Shown here one piece after another: positions 8,038 to 18,756 of a stretch of DNA of 18,859 nucleotides. Position 1 is the first letter of the stretch, and each line of letters begins with the position of its first letter. Under the pieces are notes generated by a model, which was given only the letters and a program-made list of their open reading frames with translations, searched no databases and was not told where the DNA came from. The translations under genes and the position numbers were made by a program. Source of the DNA: Amoebophrya sp. A120. Its lineage: Eukaryota > Protista > Dinoflagellata. The DNA lies in contig CAJINV010000057.1 in the NCBI GenBank assembly GCA_905178155.1, positions 1-18,859 of the forward strand, read 5' to 3'.

Positions 8038-8731
8038 CCAGTGCGTTGGATCTTCGAGGCGCCGGGAGCGCTGAGCGCTTCCCAAACGTGGTCCACTGTT
8101 TGTGTTAATTTTCAGCAACGAATTTTGAACTTCGTCCTGTTGTAAAAATAACCGCTCACGCGACAACACGAAAAATGGAATTACTGCATCCAAAAAAAAC
8201 CTCAACTGTTCTCATATACCATGACACGAACCCGGATCCAGGATCGGGGAGGTGATCTGCGCGGGAATCCCAACCACGGACGGGGGGCCAGCACTAATGT
8301 CCAGACGGAAAAACTCGCGGACCGGACCGCTCCAGAGACGAAGCGCAACACTTTCGTTCCATGATGGTGCAAAGTAGTGAGCACAGTCACCTCATCTGCT
8401 CATCGCCTTGTGCGCGACAGCGTAATATGAGACGTGTGCTGCGCACGACGAAGGGTGTATCTATTATGCGTCAACTCGCATGTCACGCAACAGTAGTAGT
8501 GCCGTCGGTGCACACGCACATCAGCATCCGTCTTCGCATGAGCTCATGAGAAGATCGCACCGCTTGTGTGCCTCACGGATTCTCACTCTCCTTCACTCAA
8601 ATCAGATTTAGATTCTGCCGTAAAATATACCCTGAGTTGCCGCACTGTCGCTCTCCTGTCCTTCACGTTCACTCACTTTTCTTGCATGACACTGCATCCC
8701 GCAGTGACGGGGACGAACCCGCTGCAGCACC

Positions 8732-8800
8732 NNNNNNNNNNNNNNNNNNNNNNNNNNNNNNNNNNNNNNNNNNNNNNNNNNNNNNNNNNNNNNNNNNNNN
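8732..8800. other. Assembly gap (69 N)
   Basis: Run of n. Confidence 1.
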
Positions 8801-9306
8801 GATTCACACTTTTGTTTTGCAGACTACGACACACTGTCTTTCCCAGCAGCGAAACCTGCAGAAGCCGGGCGGCCTTGTTCCTTCGGGCGTAATAATTCTG
8901 TTCCTGAATGACCAGCGCGAAGAAGACGGGCGGCAGGGCCGTTACTTGTGCCAGCGCCTCGGCGGCGAGCGCAACACAAAGCCCGCGCCAAAGCGCGGCA
9001 ACAGCCCGCGCCAGAGCGCAACAGCTAGCCGGCATAGGCTTCGCGCGCGCGCCCGATAATCTTTGGGGCAACGCCCCGGCGCGAAGGGCGGGGCCGGTGT
9101 GCACCTGGCCGGCCCCAGTCCGCGGGCGCGCCGAGAAGGGGCGCGCGGCGGCCCCAGGAGGCACGCAACACAGGGCGGGCGGGCCTCCCGTGCAGGGAAA
9201 AGTGGCGCCCACCGGTGGCGGCGCCGATCGCTCGGGAGAGGCTTCAGCATTTGCGCGGCGTCTTGTACTTCTTCTCTTGCGCCGTTATTTGCGCGTCGTA
9301 CTGCCC

Positions 9307-9390
9307 TATGGATTGCAAATACATCTGGACGATCTGGTAGGTCTTGTTTGTCATGCGAGCTCTGGACGACAAGGACGAAACCTGTACTGC
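9307..9390. mobile_element. Truncated family A-like introner, left end
   Basis: tatggattgcaaatacatctggacgatctgg..tttgtcatgc; no partner TIR found. Confidence 0.6.
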
Positions 9391-9499
9391 ATGAGCAACA
9401 AAAGAGATCCACCGACGCATCGCGAGGTGCGCCGGTGGAAGCTTGTGACGCTGTGGCCCGCACTTGAAATCTTCGCTTCTGGGCCATACAAAAACTGAA

Positions 9500-9815
9500 C
9501 GACAAGGCGCAGCAAGACAAAGAAATCCAGAGCCAGAGTTTTTTTTCTGTTGATATCAGCTATCTTCCCAGCGACGTGTTTCGACGCCGCTGTCATCCGC
9601 GCTTCGTCTTTATCCTCAGTAAAAACGCCCGTTCCCATCAAGGTGTCACGCAGATCTGCATCTACGGAATAGTGTAAGAGCTTGTGATACGCAAACCCGG
9701 AAAAGGCATTTCTACTGATCTTGATGCTATAAAGAAGAGATCTAGCAGCCTCTTCATGCGTCTGAGAGAAACTTGTGATGCATTCTTCCCAAAAGTTCTG
9801 CATTTGTGTTGCCAA
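9500..9815 (-). pseudogene. Coding-like fragment, product unknown
   Basis: QMQNFWEECITSFSQTHEEAARSLLYSIK..DADLRDTLMGTGVFTEDKDEARMTAASKHVAGKIADINRKK has globular-protein composition; no family recognised. Confidence 0.4.
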
Positions 9816-10295
9816 CTTCTCAACCTGCTGATTACCCCGGGGGAAGAACGTTGTTACACAGGATAACCCTTGGCGTGCTGCGCCTTCTGCAGCTTATACG
9901 CCGTGACGCCCTTCTGCGCCTCGGACATATGCGGGCTGAGGCCTCTTTCAATACCTCGCAGGCCCCGCTCGTATTGCACCATCTCGGCGGCACGCATTCA
10001 GCGGAAAAGGAAACTCCACTGAAAAAGAGCTATGAATTTGCGATACGGGTGTCTGCATGATGATAGAAATAGAAAAGCATCCCCATTGCCCTTCAACACT
10101 CTCACTCACTCCAGAAGCGCCCATTAAACTCTCACCCGTAGGTGTGCCTGTAAGTGAGACTTGTATGACCTCGCCACAACAGAAATCCCTGTCCTCTCGT
10201 GCTCGTCGTTACCCTCACAACATTCAGCAGAAACGGGCTCAATTAATGTATCTCCGCCAAGCAGGTCGCTCTTGCAATGGCGAACAAGCTGCAGT

Positions 10296-10527
10296 GACCT
10301 ATAGTTTTACTAGACTACTACGCCGGCGTCCAGGACGCCGGCGATAGGTCGTCTAGTAAGTCTAAAATTAAAAAACTATCACGAAACGCTACCGGAACAA
10401 ATTTGGCGACAGAGTCGCCCTTGTGGGAATCTGCTAGTGGAGACGCGGCCACTAGCAGGAACCCTCTAGGCGGTTTTAGCATGACAAAACGGGCCCGCGC
10501 TTGCTAGTGACGCCGTTCACTAGTAGC
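10296..10527. repeat. Cluster of hairpins, most with CTAG in the stem
   Basis: ttactagac..cgccggcgtcc-a-ggacgccggcg..gtctagtaa (10307-10359); ggcgac/gtcgcc (10405-10419); ctgctagtgg/ccactagcag (10431-10458); ctagtga/tcactag (10504-10523). Confidence 0.88.
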
Positions 10528-10739
10528 GGCCCGCATTAGAAGCGGACGCGCCCGCCTTCGTTCCCTGCGCTTCTGCCCCGTCCCAGCCCGGCCGCTGGCC
10601 TTGGCCTGCTTCCCGTTTCTTGGGCTGTCTGACTTCTACAAAGGACCACCCGCAGGCCGCCCAGCGAAGCTCTCGAAGCGAGGCCTCTAGAAGGCAAAGA
10701 ATTTCCTTTAGCCACTCCCGCTACTCCTCCTGTAGCCTC

Positions 10740-10868
10740 CCCCAGATATCTCCCCAGATATCTCCCCAGATACCTCCCCAGATAAATATGTCCCCAGGTA
10801 TATCCCCAGATATATCCCCAGACATGTCCCCAGATATGTCCCCAGATATATCCCCAGATATATCCCCA
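10740..10868 (+). repeat. 12-bp minisatellite, about 10.5 units of CCCCAGATATNT
   Basis: ccccagatatct ccccagatatct ccccagatacct ... ccccagacatgt ccccagatatgt ccccagatatat. Confidence 0.95.
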
Positions 10869-11089
10869 TGCTTCCGATCGATCCATCGGATGGCGGTCGG
10901 TGGGGCGGCGGGCTCGCTCGCTCTGCCGGGGCGGGAGCGCTCTTGCACCGCCCCCCCCTACCCCCCAAAGACGCAGGTGCCGGAGGGTAGCCAGAATAGG
11001 GCTGCTAAACACCGGCCCGGCGGCTTTGTTGCGGCTCCTCCAGCCGGCGGTGTTTGCGCGCTAGCCTGCCAAAGGCTCGGGAGTCTTTG

Positions 11090-11590
11090 GTCTGCGATGC
11101 AGGTTGCACCCCCAAGCGCAGATTGCAAGAGCTGGAAGCGGAGGCTGCAAGGGTTTGCAACGCCTTTTCCGGTTGCGTTGCAGATCGCAGCTTGAAGATC
11201 AAGCTGTCGCGTGCGGCGCAGGTTGCAGCCTGCGGCCCGGGCTGCCGCTTGCATCGTTGCCAGCTCTCGGTCGCCCACGTTGTAGACGGCCACTGGCGTC
11301 GCAACTTGTAGTCTGTCCCAGCTTGCGCGTCGGCCCGTGTTGCAGGTAGCCGCCACCTGCATCAATAGCGCCAGCGTGCACCGACCGCAAAATGTTGCAG
11401 GCCGAATTGCAAGAAAGGCACAGCTTGCAGCACTTACAGCGCGGAAATCGCAGCGCAGGCGTCAGCCTGCTTTGCAAGCTGCAGCCTTTAGCGCAAGTTG
11501 CCGCCTGCGTCGCGACTTGCAGCTGCCCGCATTGCAAAAAAGCGCCCGGCTGTTAGCAGTGCTACAAAGTAACGAAGCCGCACTTGTAAC
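11090..11590. repeat. Degenerate field of (G/C)TTGCA(G/A) motifs on both strands
   Basis: Many gttgca, ttgcag, ttgcaa, ctgcaa, tcgcag and ttgta variants at short irregular spacing. Confidence 0.75.
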
Positions 11591-11679
11591 ATGCCCAGGG
11601 GCCACCCGCGGGGAGGACGCTCGCACATACAGAGCTTTTGGTCCCCACGATGCCGCTCTTTTTCTTACAGGCGTTCGCT

Positions 11680-11733
11680 TAGAAGCTTCCTCCAGGAGCT
11701 CTCTTAGGGGAAGCTTCTAGAGGAAGCTTCTAG
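11680..11733. repeat. Inverted plus tandem AGAAGCTTCC repeats
   Basis: tagaagcttcctc (11680-11692) is complementary to gaggaagcttcta (11720-11732); ggaagcttctaga occurs twice in tandem. Confidence 0.85.
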
Positions 11734-11814
11734 AAAGTGATCTCCCTACTAATCATTTTTTAAGAGCGCCCCTATAATCTATAAGGCCAAAAATTCCGAG
11801 CAAAAAAGAATGGG

Positions 11815-11945
11815 CGGCGGCGGCCCTGGGCGGCAATCACACAACAGAGCGCGGGCCGGCCTGTTCCGATCCCACGAAAAAGCGGCGCCCACCGGTGGCG
11901 GCGCCAGTGGCTGGGGCGTCAACATTTGGCGCGCAGCTCGTGCAA
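11815..11945 (+). repeat. Diverged duplicate of about 9145-9270
   Basis: Shared gaaaa..ggcgcccaccggtggcggcgcc core (9197-9225 and 11876-11905) with similar flanks. Confidence 0.75.
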
Positions 11946-12035
11946 AAAGGCCGAGCATTTCGCCGATTACCGCCCGCGGCGCAGTTAATCGGCGCGGTTG
12001 CATTGTCGGCGAACGTGAGGCAGTCCTTCAGATTC

Positions 12036-12660
12036 GGCGCGCCCTGCAGCAGGGGCGGCACTGGATCCTTCCACGCATGGGAGAGGGAGAGGGAGCAGCA
12101 GAGCTGCTAGAAGGAGATGACCCATCACCAGGTGTGGTGCTCGCGCCGTTTGGCGAAGGCAAGCTCGTTTCTCCAAGTTCGATTTGGGTGGCGGCTTCTA
12201 CATGCCTATTCCGCATGAGAGATTGGCTTTTCGTTTTATTCTCTCGGCAAGAACAATATTAGGGAAACATTCACGGCAGTCGTTCATGCAACACAGACTT
12301 CATCTGTACGATCCAAGTTTTGCATGACAAGTTGCGATGTTCCAGACCTCCCAGACATCACTCTTACAGTGGATATGACCTTGGTCGTCCTCGCCATTTC
12401 CGCCCGGGCGCCGCGGCGGACCGCCGCCACCGCTACTCGCGGCCCCGGGGAGAAACATATCAACACTACTTCCGCCCGCAGAATTTTCTCCCCCAACAAG
12501 CGGCGGGAACGGTTCGAGGATTGTCCCCGGAGGCGCGCCCTGCAGCAGGGGCGGCACTGGATCCACGCATGCCGGACCGGCCCCACCATCGAAGCGCCCT
12601 GTGTGCCCGAGGGGAAGACGGAGCAGGGCAATAAACGGGGCGCGAGCTGCCTCCAACGGA
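12036..12660 (-). pseudogene. Rearranged, internally deleted paralog of the 13823-18859 gene
   Basis: 12077-12205 matches 15936-16058; 12206-12481 matches 18598-18859; 12036-12079 matches 12532-12571. Confidence 0.85.
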
Positions 12661-12699
12661 TGGAGGCTTCGCGCAGACAGAGCTACAGAGAGTGGTCAA

Positions 12700-13800
12700 T
12701 CACACGCCTAAGCGGCCAAGCGCTTTCTTCTCGTCGCTCCACGCCTTGCTCCAACACTCTGTCCCCTCAGAGGCTCTTTGCCCTCACTTGGTTTTGATTT
12801 CTACGTACGTGTGGAGCTGTACTTCTAGACTGGGCTTCGCTCCGTGTACTCAGCTTGTTCTCGGATGTTCAGGGTTACAGCTTCGCCAGAACACGGAAGC
12901 GAAGAACTTGGTCGCAGAGAAGTGAATTGTTGCCTGCTACAATTTCAAAGTGAAGCGCAAAAACTGCGCTTGCCTCTACATTTTCTTCTTCTCGTTTTGC
13001 ACGAGAGTGTTGAAACGATAATTACTACGTCCTTCAGAATGTATTCTCCATGTTTTTCTTTCTTGAACTACCCCGTATGAATTATCCACTAGTGAATGCT
13101 GTTTGCCAGCTCGCGAAAGTGCAAGAAGTATGCTTCGAATAGGAATTCGTCTCTTCGTTTTGCCCGAAGGTTGGTACAACATAACTTTATCCGTCCGTCA
13201 GAGCGTATCTTTGTGATTCTCCATGTACTGATTTGTTGTTTTCTTCGTACAGTCTATTGTCTATTTTCCATGAAATGCTGTTGCTGTTCCCCAGAATAAA
13301 AACCGACAGGAGGTGCTATTAGAATGTGAATTTCCCAATTGCTGCTACGTTTCTAAATGACAGCTTTCCTTGGCTTCTTGTTGCGCTCTTTTCGAGCGTG
13401 AACATGGATAATTTAATTTTCCAATCATGTATAGAAGTTTCATTTTCCAACTATACTTTCTTGCACGCAAGGTCAAGCATGCTGCATCTGAGATCTTCAG
13501 AGAAATCTAAAGTAAATAAAACATCATATATAGAGCCGTGTACGCCCTTACGATACTTTTGCAAACAAGCACTGAATCTATCTTCCACGCTAGCGAGAAA
13601 TAAAAAGGTCGTTGGTGAAACTTTTTATTTTGTGACTATGATACGTAAACAAAAATAGTCGGACTGCGCATCACAGGTACTCGACGGGCGTAAACGCATT
13701 CCGTAGGATCACTACGGCTACATCAGGCTTTGGTAAGCAGTTCCACCAAATTCTAAGTAATGCCTCCCGCCTTACGGCACAAGGTATTATAATTGGGCTG
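12700..13800 (-). pseudogene. Heavily degenerate coding-like region, possibly the 3' part of the large gene
   Basis: Minus frame with protein-like runs (SVEDRFSACLQKYRKGVHGSIYDVLFTLDFSEDLRCSMLDLACKKV*LENETSIHDWKIKLSMFTLEK) broken by stops. Confidence 0.35.
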
Positions 13801-14557
13801 TGTTGGCGATTTGCGTTTATCTTCACTCTTCAGGCTCCGGCTCGGGAAAACGACAAGGGTTTTCCGCAGGAGCATCATTATCGAAAGCGTTGGCACCATT
13901 GTTCCCATTGCCATTGTCAACAGGACCATCTTCTCCCTGTTGGCCGGCCCCAGGACCGCCGACGGCAGGAGAAGGTTGTCCTGTTGTACTACTTACCTGT
14001 TCACCCGCATCACCTCCGAGTTCGGGAGCGGAATCTTGCGCAGCACCATTGGTGGCCCCAGCACCTCCTGCACCAGTCGCGTCTGCGTGGTCTGCAGCAG
14101 CCACTGGTGACTGTATCCCGGGGGCGGGTGATTGTGCCGCACTGCTGCTGCTCCCAACCCCGCTACTACAATTACCAGCACTCGTGGCGAGGGAGGGCTC
14201 CGCGTCTGGCTCGTGCAGAAAGGTGACCTCGTATGCTGTGCAAAAGCAGTGGGGTACTTGCGCTCATTGCAATCCTGCATTTGACAAACGTGATGTCCTA
14301 TCTGAACCTGCCTGGCAAATACTCTTTTTGATATTTTTGCAAATGCAATTCATTTTTAATTCTATACTAGGTGTAAGTGCGATTACTTGCTTTTGCACTG
14401 AATACAAAACCGTTTTCGACCCAGTAGGGCGGCACAACTCCGTTGCCTCCGTGGTTTACGACAAAACGACGGTTTATGATTTCATAGTCTCCCATCCTGG
14501 TCCGACAATTCTCGAAAACCACCAGTTCAGGATTGGCTTCGTTCGCGATTGGCTTCG

Positions 14558-14742
14558 TGTGCAATGCAAAACGATCATCGTACTTTGGTAGCAATCGCAT
14601 AAGAAATAGAAATAGAAATTATTTTAGCAACGTAGGAAATGGCACTTGTCAGGCACACACAAGTTGTAATAATGCACGACAATGTTGTCATGCATGCATG
14701 TTTCCATTTCGTTACCGAAGTACGATGCGTTTGCCAAAGATA
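14558..14742. mobile_element. Degenerate introner family E, 185 bp
   Basis: tgtgcaatgcaaaacgatcatcgtactttggtagc versus right reverse complement tatctttggcaaacgcatcgtacttcggtaac; flanks cttcg/atttg; removal is in frame. Confidence 0.7.
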
Positions 14743-14796
14743 ATTTGGCGTCGATGATGAAGTAGATGAGGAACTGCTGCTAGCTGGTCCTGCTTG

Positions 14797-15086
14797 TATG
14801 CATTGCACATATGATGTTATCTGGGGCTGGAAGAATGCACGGTTTGTCATGCAGCTCGTGGAATACACAAATGGTCTGGAACTTCGGCGCGCCTAGAAGC
14901 ATCACAAATTGTGCAAGGGCTTCTCAATTATGTATATTCCGAATAAGAAATTCGCCCTTTCTTGTGTGGCATGGCGTGGGTAGGATTTGCCGTTCACTTA
15001 CGCAACACAGATTTTTATTTTGCACGAGGTAGCTTTCGCATGACGAGTTTTCATCCTCGCAGGCCCAGAAACATTTGTGTTCAATA
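14797..15086. mobile_element. Introner/MITE family A, 290 bp, direct repeat gcttg
   Basis: tatgcattgcacatatgatgttatctggggctggaagaatgcacggtttgtcatgc ... gcatgacgag..ggcccagaaacatttgtgttcaata; gcttg at 14792-14796 and 15087-15091. Confidence 0.9.
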
Positions 15087-15574
15087 GCTTGGTGTTGTCC
15101 ACCTCCACTATTCGGCGCGAGGAATCCTGCAGGACCGGGCTTCGACTGCGGGAACATCAAAATATTCTGTATCCTCAGTAAAATGAACGTTGACGTTCCC
15201 ACCCCACCAGAGTTGCGATGCCGATTTGCATGCCCAGTATGTTTCTCATGCGCAGCCACACCCACATGAGATAGGAAGCTCGGTAGTTGATGCGTTGTTT
15301 AGGATTTCTATCTCATGCTCAAACCAGCATGAGCCAGCGGCTTCTTGATGTTGATGCGTCTGCGCAAAATACAAGACACGACTCATGCATAAATATCACC
15401 AGGAGCGGCCCCGCGAGTTCTTGTCTCGCAGATTTACCATCTCGACTATGGGGCATGGGCCTCGTTTTTACTCAGGATATTCGGAGTATCCTCAACGCCA
15501 ACGCTGGCTCCATGGTTGTCTGGCAGCGGCTTGGCTCCCGACTGGTCATGAAATACGCTCGAAGAAATCAGAGT

Positions 15575-15963
15575 CCTGCTGGAAGACTGGTTGTAGTTCC
15601 TGCGGACGACACGCCGATTCTCGTCCAGGCGCTCGAGCACTTCAGGTGGCTGATTCCGTCGAAAGTCCTCTCCAGGCTCCGGGATTGCAGCCTCCTGCGT
15701 CCCTGACGCGAGGGGAGAAGAAGAGCTGCTAGATCCACCAGCAGTGCTACCGGTCTGCGCCGGATTATTTGCACCCAAAAAGCCCTCCGGAACCCCATCC
15801 CTGCTGCAGGACTGGTTGTAGTTCGCGTGAACTTCAAGCTGATTCTCGTCCCGGCGCTCTTGCTCTTCAGCTGTCAGACTCTGCTCAAAGTCTTCTCCAG
15901 GCTCACGGACTGCAGCCTCTTGCGTCCCTGACGCGATGGGAGAGGGAGCAGCAGAGCTGCTAG
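15575..15963 (-). repeat. Internal coding duplication (about 55-aa homologous segments)
   Basis: SPIASGTQEAAVREPGEDFEQSLTAEEQERRDENQLEVHANYNQSCSR versus SPLASGTQEAAIPEPGEDFRRNQPPEVLERLDENRRVVRRNYNQSSSR. Confidence 0.9.
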
Positions 15964-16663
15964 AAGGAGATGACCCATCACCAGGCGTGGTGCTCGCGCC
16001 GTTTGGCGAAGGCAAGCTCGTTTCTTCAAGTTCGATTTGGGCGGCGGCTTCTACATGCGCCGCAGCCACCAAGTCCGGACTAGTCACGCCACTGCTACTT
16101 GGGGTAGGGGTGAAGCCGGGACCCCCATCGTCCCCAGCACCTCCTCCTCCTCCCTCGTTTTGCGCTGCCATGACCAGCGACTCCTGCGGCAAGGAGAAGG
16201 ACGGATTCAAGAACCCCAGTGAGCCTGACATCTCCGCATCAGCCTTCGCCGCAGGAAGTTCCGGCGGGCTAATGGTTGTAGGCTGATGAAGTAGAGCCGT
16301 GTCTGTGTCATGTTGTTCCGCGTGGGCGCCGGGGAAAACGGGTTCCGGCAGTGCTGGTTGCTGGTCTGCATTGCCGAACGGGGCCATGCTGGCGGCGGCC
16401 TTTGCCTCCGGGGTTGGGGCCTCTGCGTGATTTACTTCCGCTACCGATCTAAGATCGTCACTCGCAAAAGCCAGGGGGCGTCTGGGCTGCCGCGGCGGTG
16501 CAATCGGTGGGGGCGAGGGCGGCCTCACGGGGGCGGGAAAGAGGTCGGGCGCCTCATCGCCCGACATTCTCTCAGCGTCACTAGGCGGTCCTCTGCATTG
16601 CTCCGCCGCGCTGTCGCGCCGTTCCAAGATGGGAGACCTGGATCGCGAACTCGCCCTGCTGTT

Positions 16664-17500
16664 TATTGAGAGGAAAAATCCCCCCTCCCCATATCGAACA
16701 GGTATGTTTCCGAAAATTTGTGTTGCTGATTTGAGCCTTAGTTCCCCATGATATCCGTAGGCCAGACGTCGGGGGTCCCTCACCCGACACGCCGAACTTC
16801 CTCCTTCCACACGCAGCGTCGGAGGGGTCGCGCGTAGCCCTGGAGGTGATAAACGAGGGTGGCGCCTGTATATGCAGTAAAATACTGCACAGGAAATGAG
16901 GAAGTCAGAAAGGAACACAAATGTTCTGGGATGACTGTTTAGGAACATCCCAACAACCTCCGCCAACCACTGCCCTCGAATACACAAGAGAAAGCCGAAG
17001 CTAACTCAACTCCGGATACCCTTCCCGAAGCTGACCTGAACCGCCTTTCTCCACAGGTCAGCGACGAGGCAATGCCCTGAGGGGACCGTTAGGAACCTCC
17101 CCAAACAATCGTCATGTCGTTTCGCCGAAGCGAAACAGTCTGACGAAAGAGACGCACTACCAGTACCCAGCGGCAAGTACACGGTAGGCATGGGCATAGG
17201 AGAACCGAACCGCACGACCACTCGACCGAGGTAACCCAGGTTTGAGGTCACAAATCACGTCTGTCTTGCAAGAAGACAAGGGCAGAAGCTTCCGCCCCAT
17301 TAGAGAAGCGATTTGTCATGCTGTTGGGCCTAAAGGTCGGCCGTTTGTCATGCCGGGCAACTAAGTAGGCCCATGCGCCCCTACCTAGCCTGGGGATCTG
17401 GCCGCAATGCCTCTCTGCAATACAAAGCTGATTCGTGTACACCAATCCAGCATCAGAAATTCCGTTTTGATATGGGGAGGGGGGATTTTTCCTTACAATA
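16664..17500. mobile_element. Long introner/TIR element family D, 837 bp, direct repeat ctgtt
   Basis: tattgagaggaaaaatc(c)ntccccatatcgaac versus right reverse complement tattgtaaggaaaaatc(c)ntccccatatcaaaac; ctgtt at 16659-16663 and 17501-17505; removal fuses the 412-aa and 513-aa ORFs in frame. Confidence 0.93.
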
Positions 17501-18441
17501 CTGTTGTCATGTTGCCGCGCTAGGCCACGACCCCGGACGACACCACCAACCGACGTAGACGTCGAGCTGCTGCCAGCCTGGGGCGACGAGGCAGAGGACG
17601 AAGCTGCCGCAGGAAGGTTTTTCGGCAGCGGCAGGAACACTCCACTCGATGCACCTTCCAAAACCGACGATGGCGACAGCACAGTGTTCGCGGACAATTG
17701 TTGAGACGCGCCACCAGGTGTGCTGCTCGCACCAGAAGCTGCCGGCGCGGAAGAGGAAGAAGACCCGCTGCTCGGTCCCGCTTGTTGGTCATGCAGCCCT
17801 TGTCCCCCGATGTGCGTATTGCTGTAAGTTGTAGGTGCACAGCCTTCTTGATCACCCCGTGGGGAGAATAAATTGCGGGAAGGCGACGTAGAGGCATGGT
17901 TGTCGTGTTGACCGCCGCTGCTCCAGGTGCCGCTGCCTTCGGAGTTTACCGTTTCCCGTCCAGCTGTGGATGTCCGCGAGATCGATGACAAATCAGGCGA
18001 CTGGTCGATGTCCATTTGACGAAGCCCGCCTGCGCTTGCACCTCCCCCGCCGTTGTGACTCATCATCTGCAGTGGTCCTGGAGGAGAACTAAATGCAGCT
18101 GAAGAAGAGGAGGATGAACTTGCGCTGCCAGAGGATGAGGATGAGGATGAACTTCCGGGGGCCCCACCTTTTGGTGAAGGAAGTAGTTGGACCCCGGCGG
18201 GGATTATCGTCGCGTTCCGCCGCGGCGGAATGTCGAAAGACGGCGTGTTGTTCTCGAGGGCGTTCATGGAGTGCTCGGTGCTGACGTGCGACGAGGCGTC
18301 CCCACCGGGGGAAGATGATCCGTCGCTAGCCTGCCCCCCCTCGTCCTCTTCAGTCTCATCTTCTTCCGCTACGGTTTGCAGCTGCGCCTGTGCTGTCCCC
18401 GCCCCGGAGTTGTTGTTGGGTCCGTCACCCGGATGTTCACA

Positions 18442-18756
18442 TATGCACGTGCAAAAATGTGGTGTGGGTCTGGAAGTAGAGTACAAGGTGTGTCATGCAT
18501 CAGCATCTCCTAGATGTCGAACACGAAGATAGCCCGCCTCGGGAATGCACCCAGAAGCATCTTCACATCAGAGGACTGTGCAAGAGATTCTGAATGCGTA
18601 TTCCGCATGACAGATTCGCTTTTCGTTTTCGCTCGTCAACCACAATTAGGGAAACACTCATTGCAGCCGCTCATGCAACACAGATTTCTGTGCGGTCCAA
18701 ATTTTGCATGACAAGTTCCAATGTTCCAGACCCAGACATCACATTTACAGTGGATA
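18442..18756. mobile_element. Introner/MITE family A, about 315 bp
   Basis: tatgcacgtgcaaaaatgtggtgtgggtctggaa ... gcatgacaagttccaatgttccagacccagacatcacatttacagtggata; its right half is also present at 12206-12375. Confidence 0.85.

Noticed and set aside
8066-8100. Helitron 3' end after repeat copy 7
   Set aside because: A GC-rich hairpin is present but the following sequence is ctgt rather than CTRR, and no Rep/helicase is visible.
5-8108. ORFs sharing peptides such as ARVASVAGKES, RRWPVRSPL and CKNVSGSG as a protein family
   Set aside because: They are translations of the junction repeat and of introner TIRs.
8801-9520. Overlapping 160-196 aa ORFs on both strands
   Set aside because: Very GC-rich sequence open in many frames, crossing the gap or an introner end, with no recognisable motif.
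10536-11720. ORFs with WGYI, SPDI or GDIS repeats and CNLQ-rich ORFs
   Set aside because: By-products of the 12-bp minisatellite and the TGCA field, open in several frames at once.
13800-14591. 263-aa plus-strand ORF
   Set aside because: Antisense shadow of the minus-strand gene, whose frame is supported by in-frame introner removal.
15446-18486. 513-aa and 412-aa ORFs as two separate genes
   Set aside because: Their starts and the 412-aa stop lie inside introners; they join in frame as exons of one gene.
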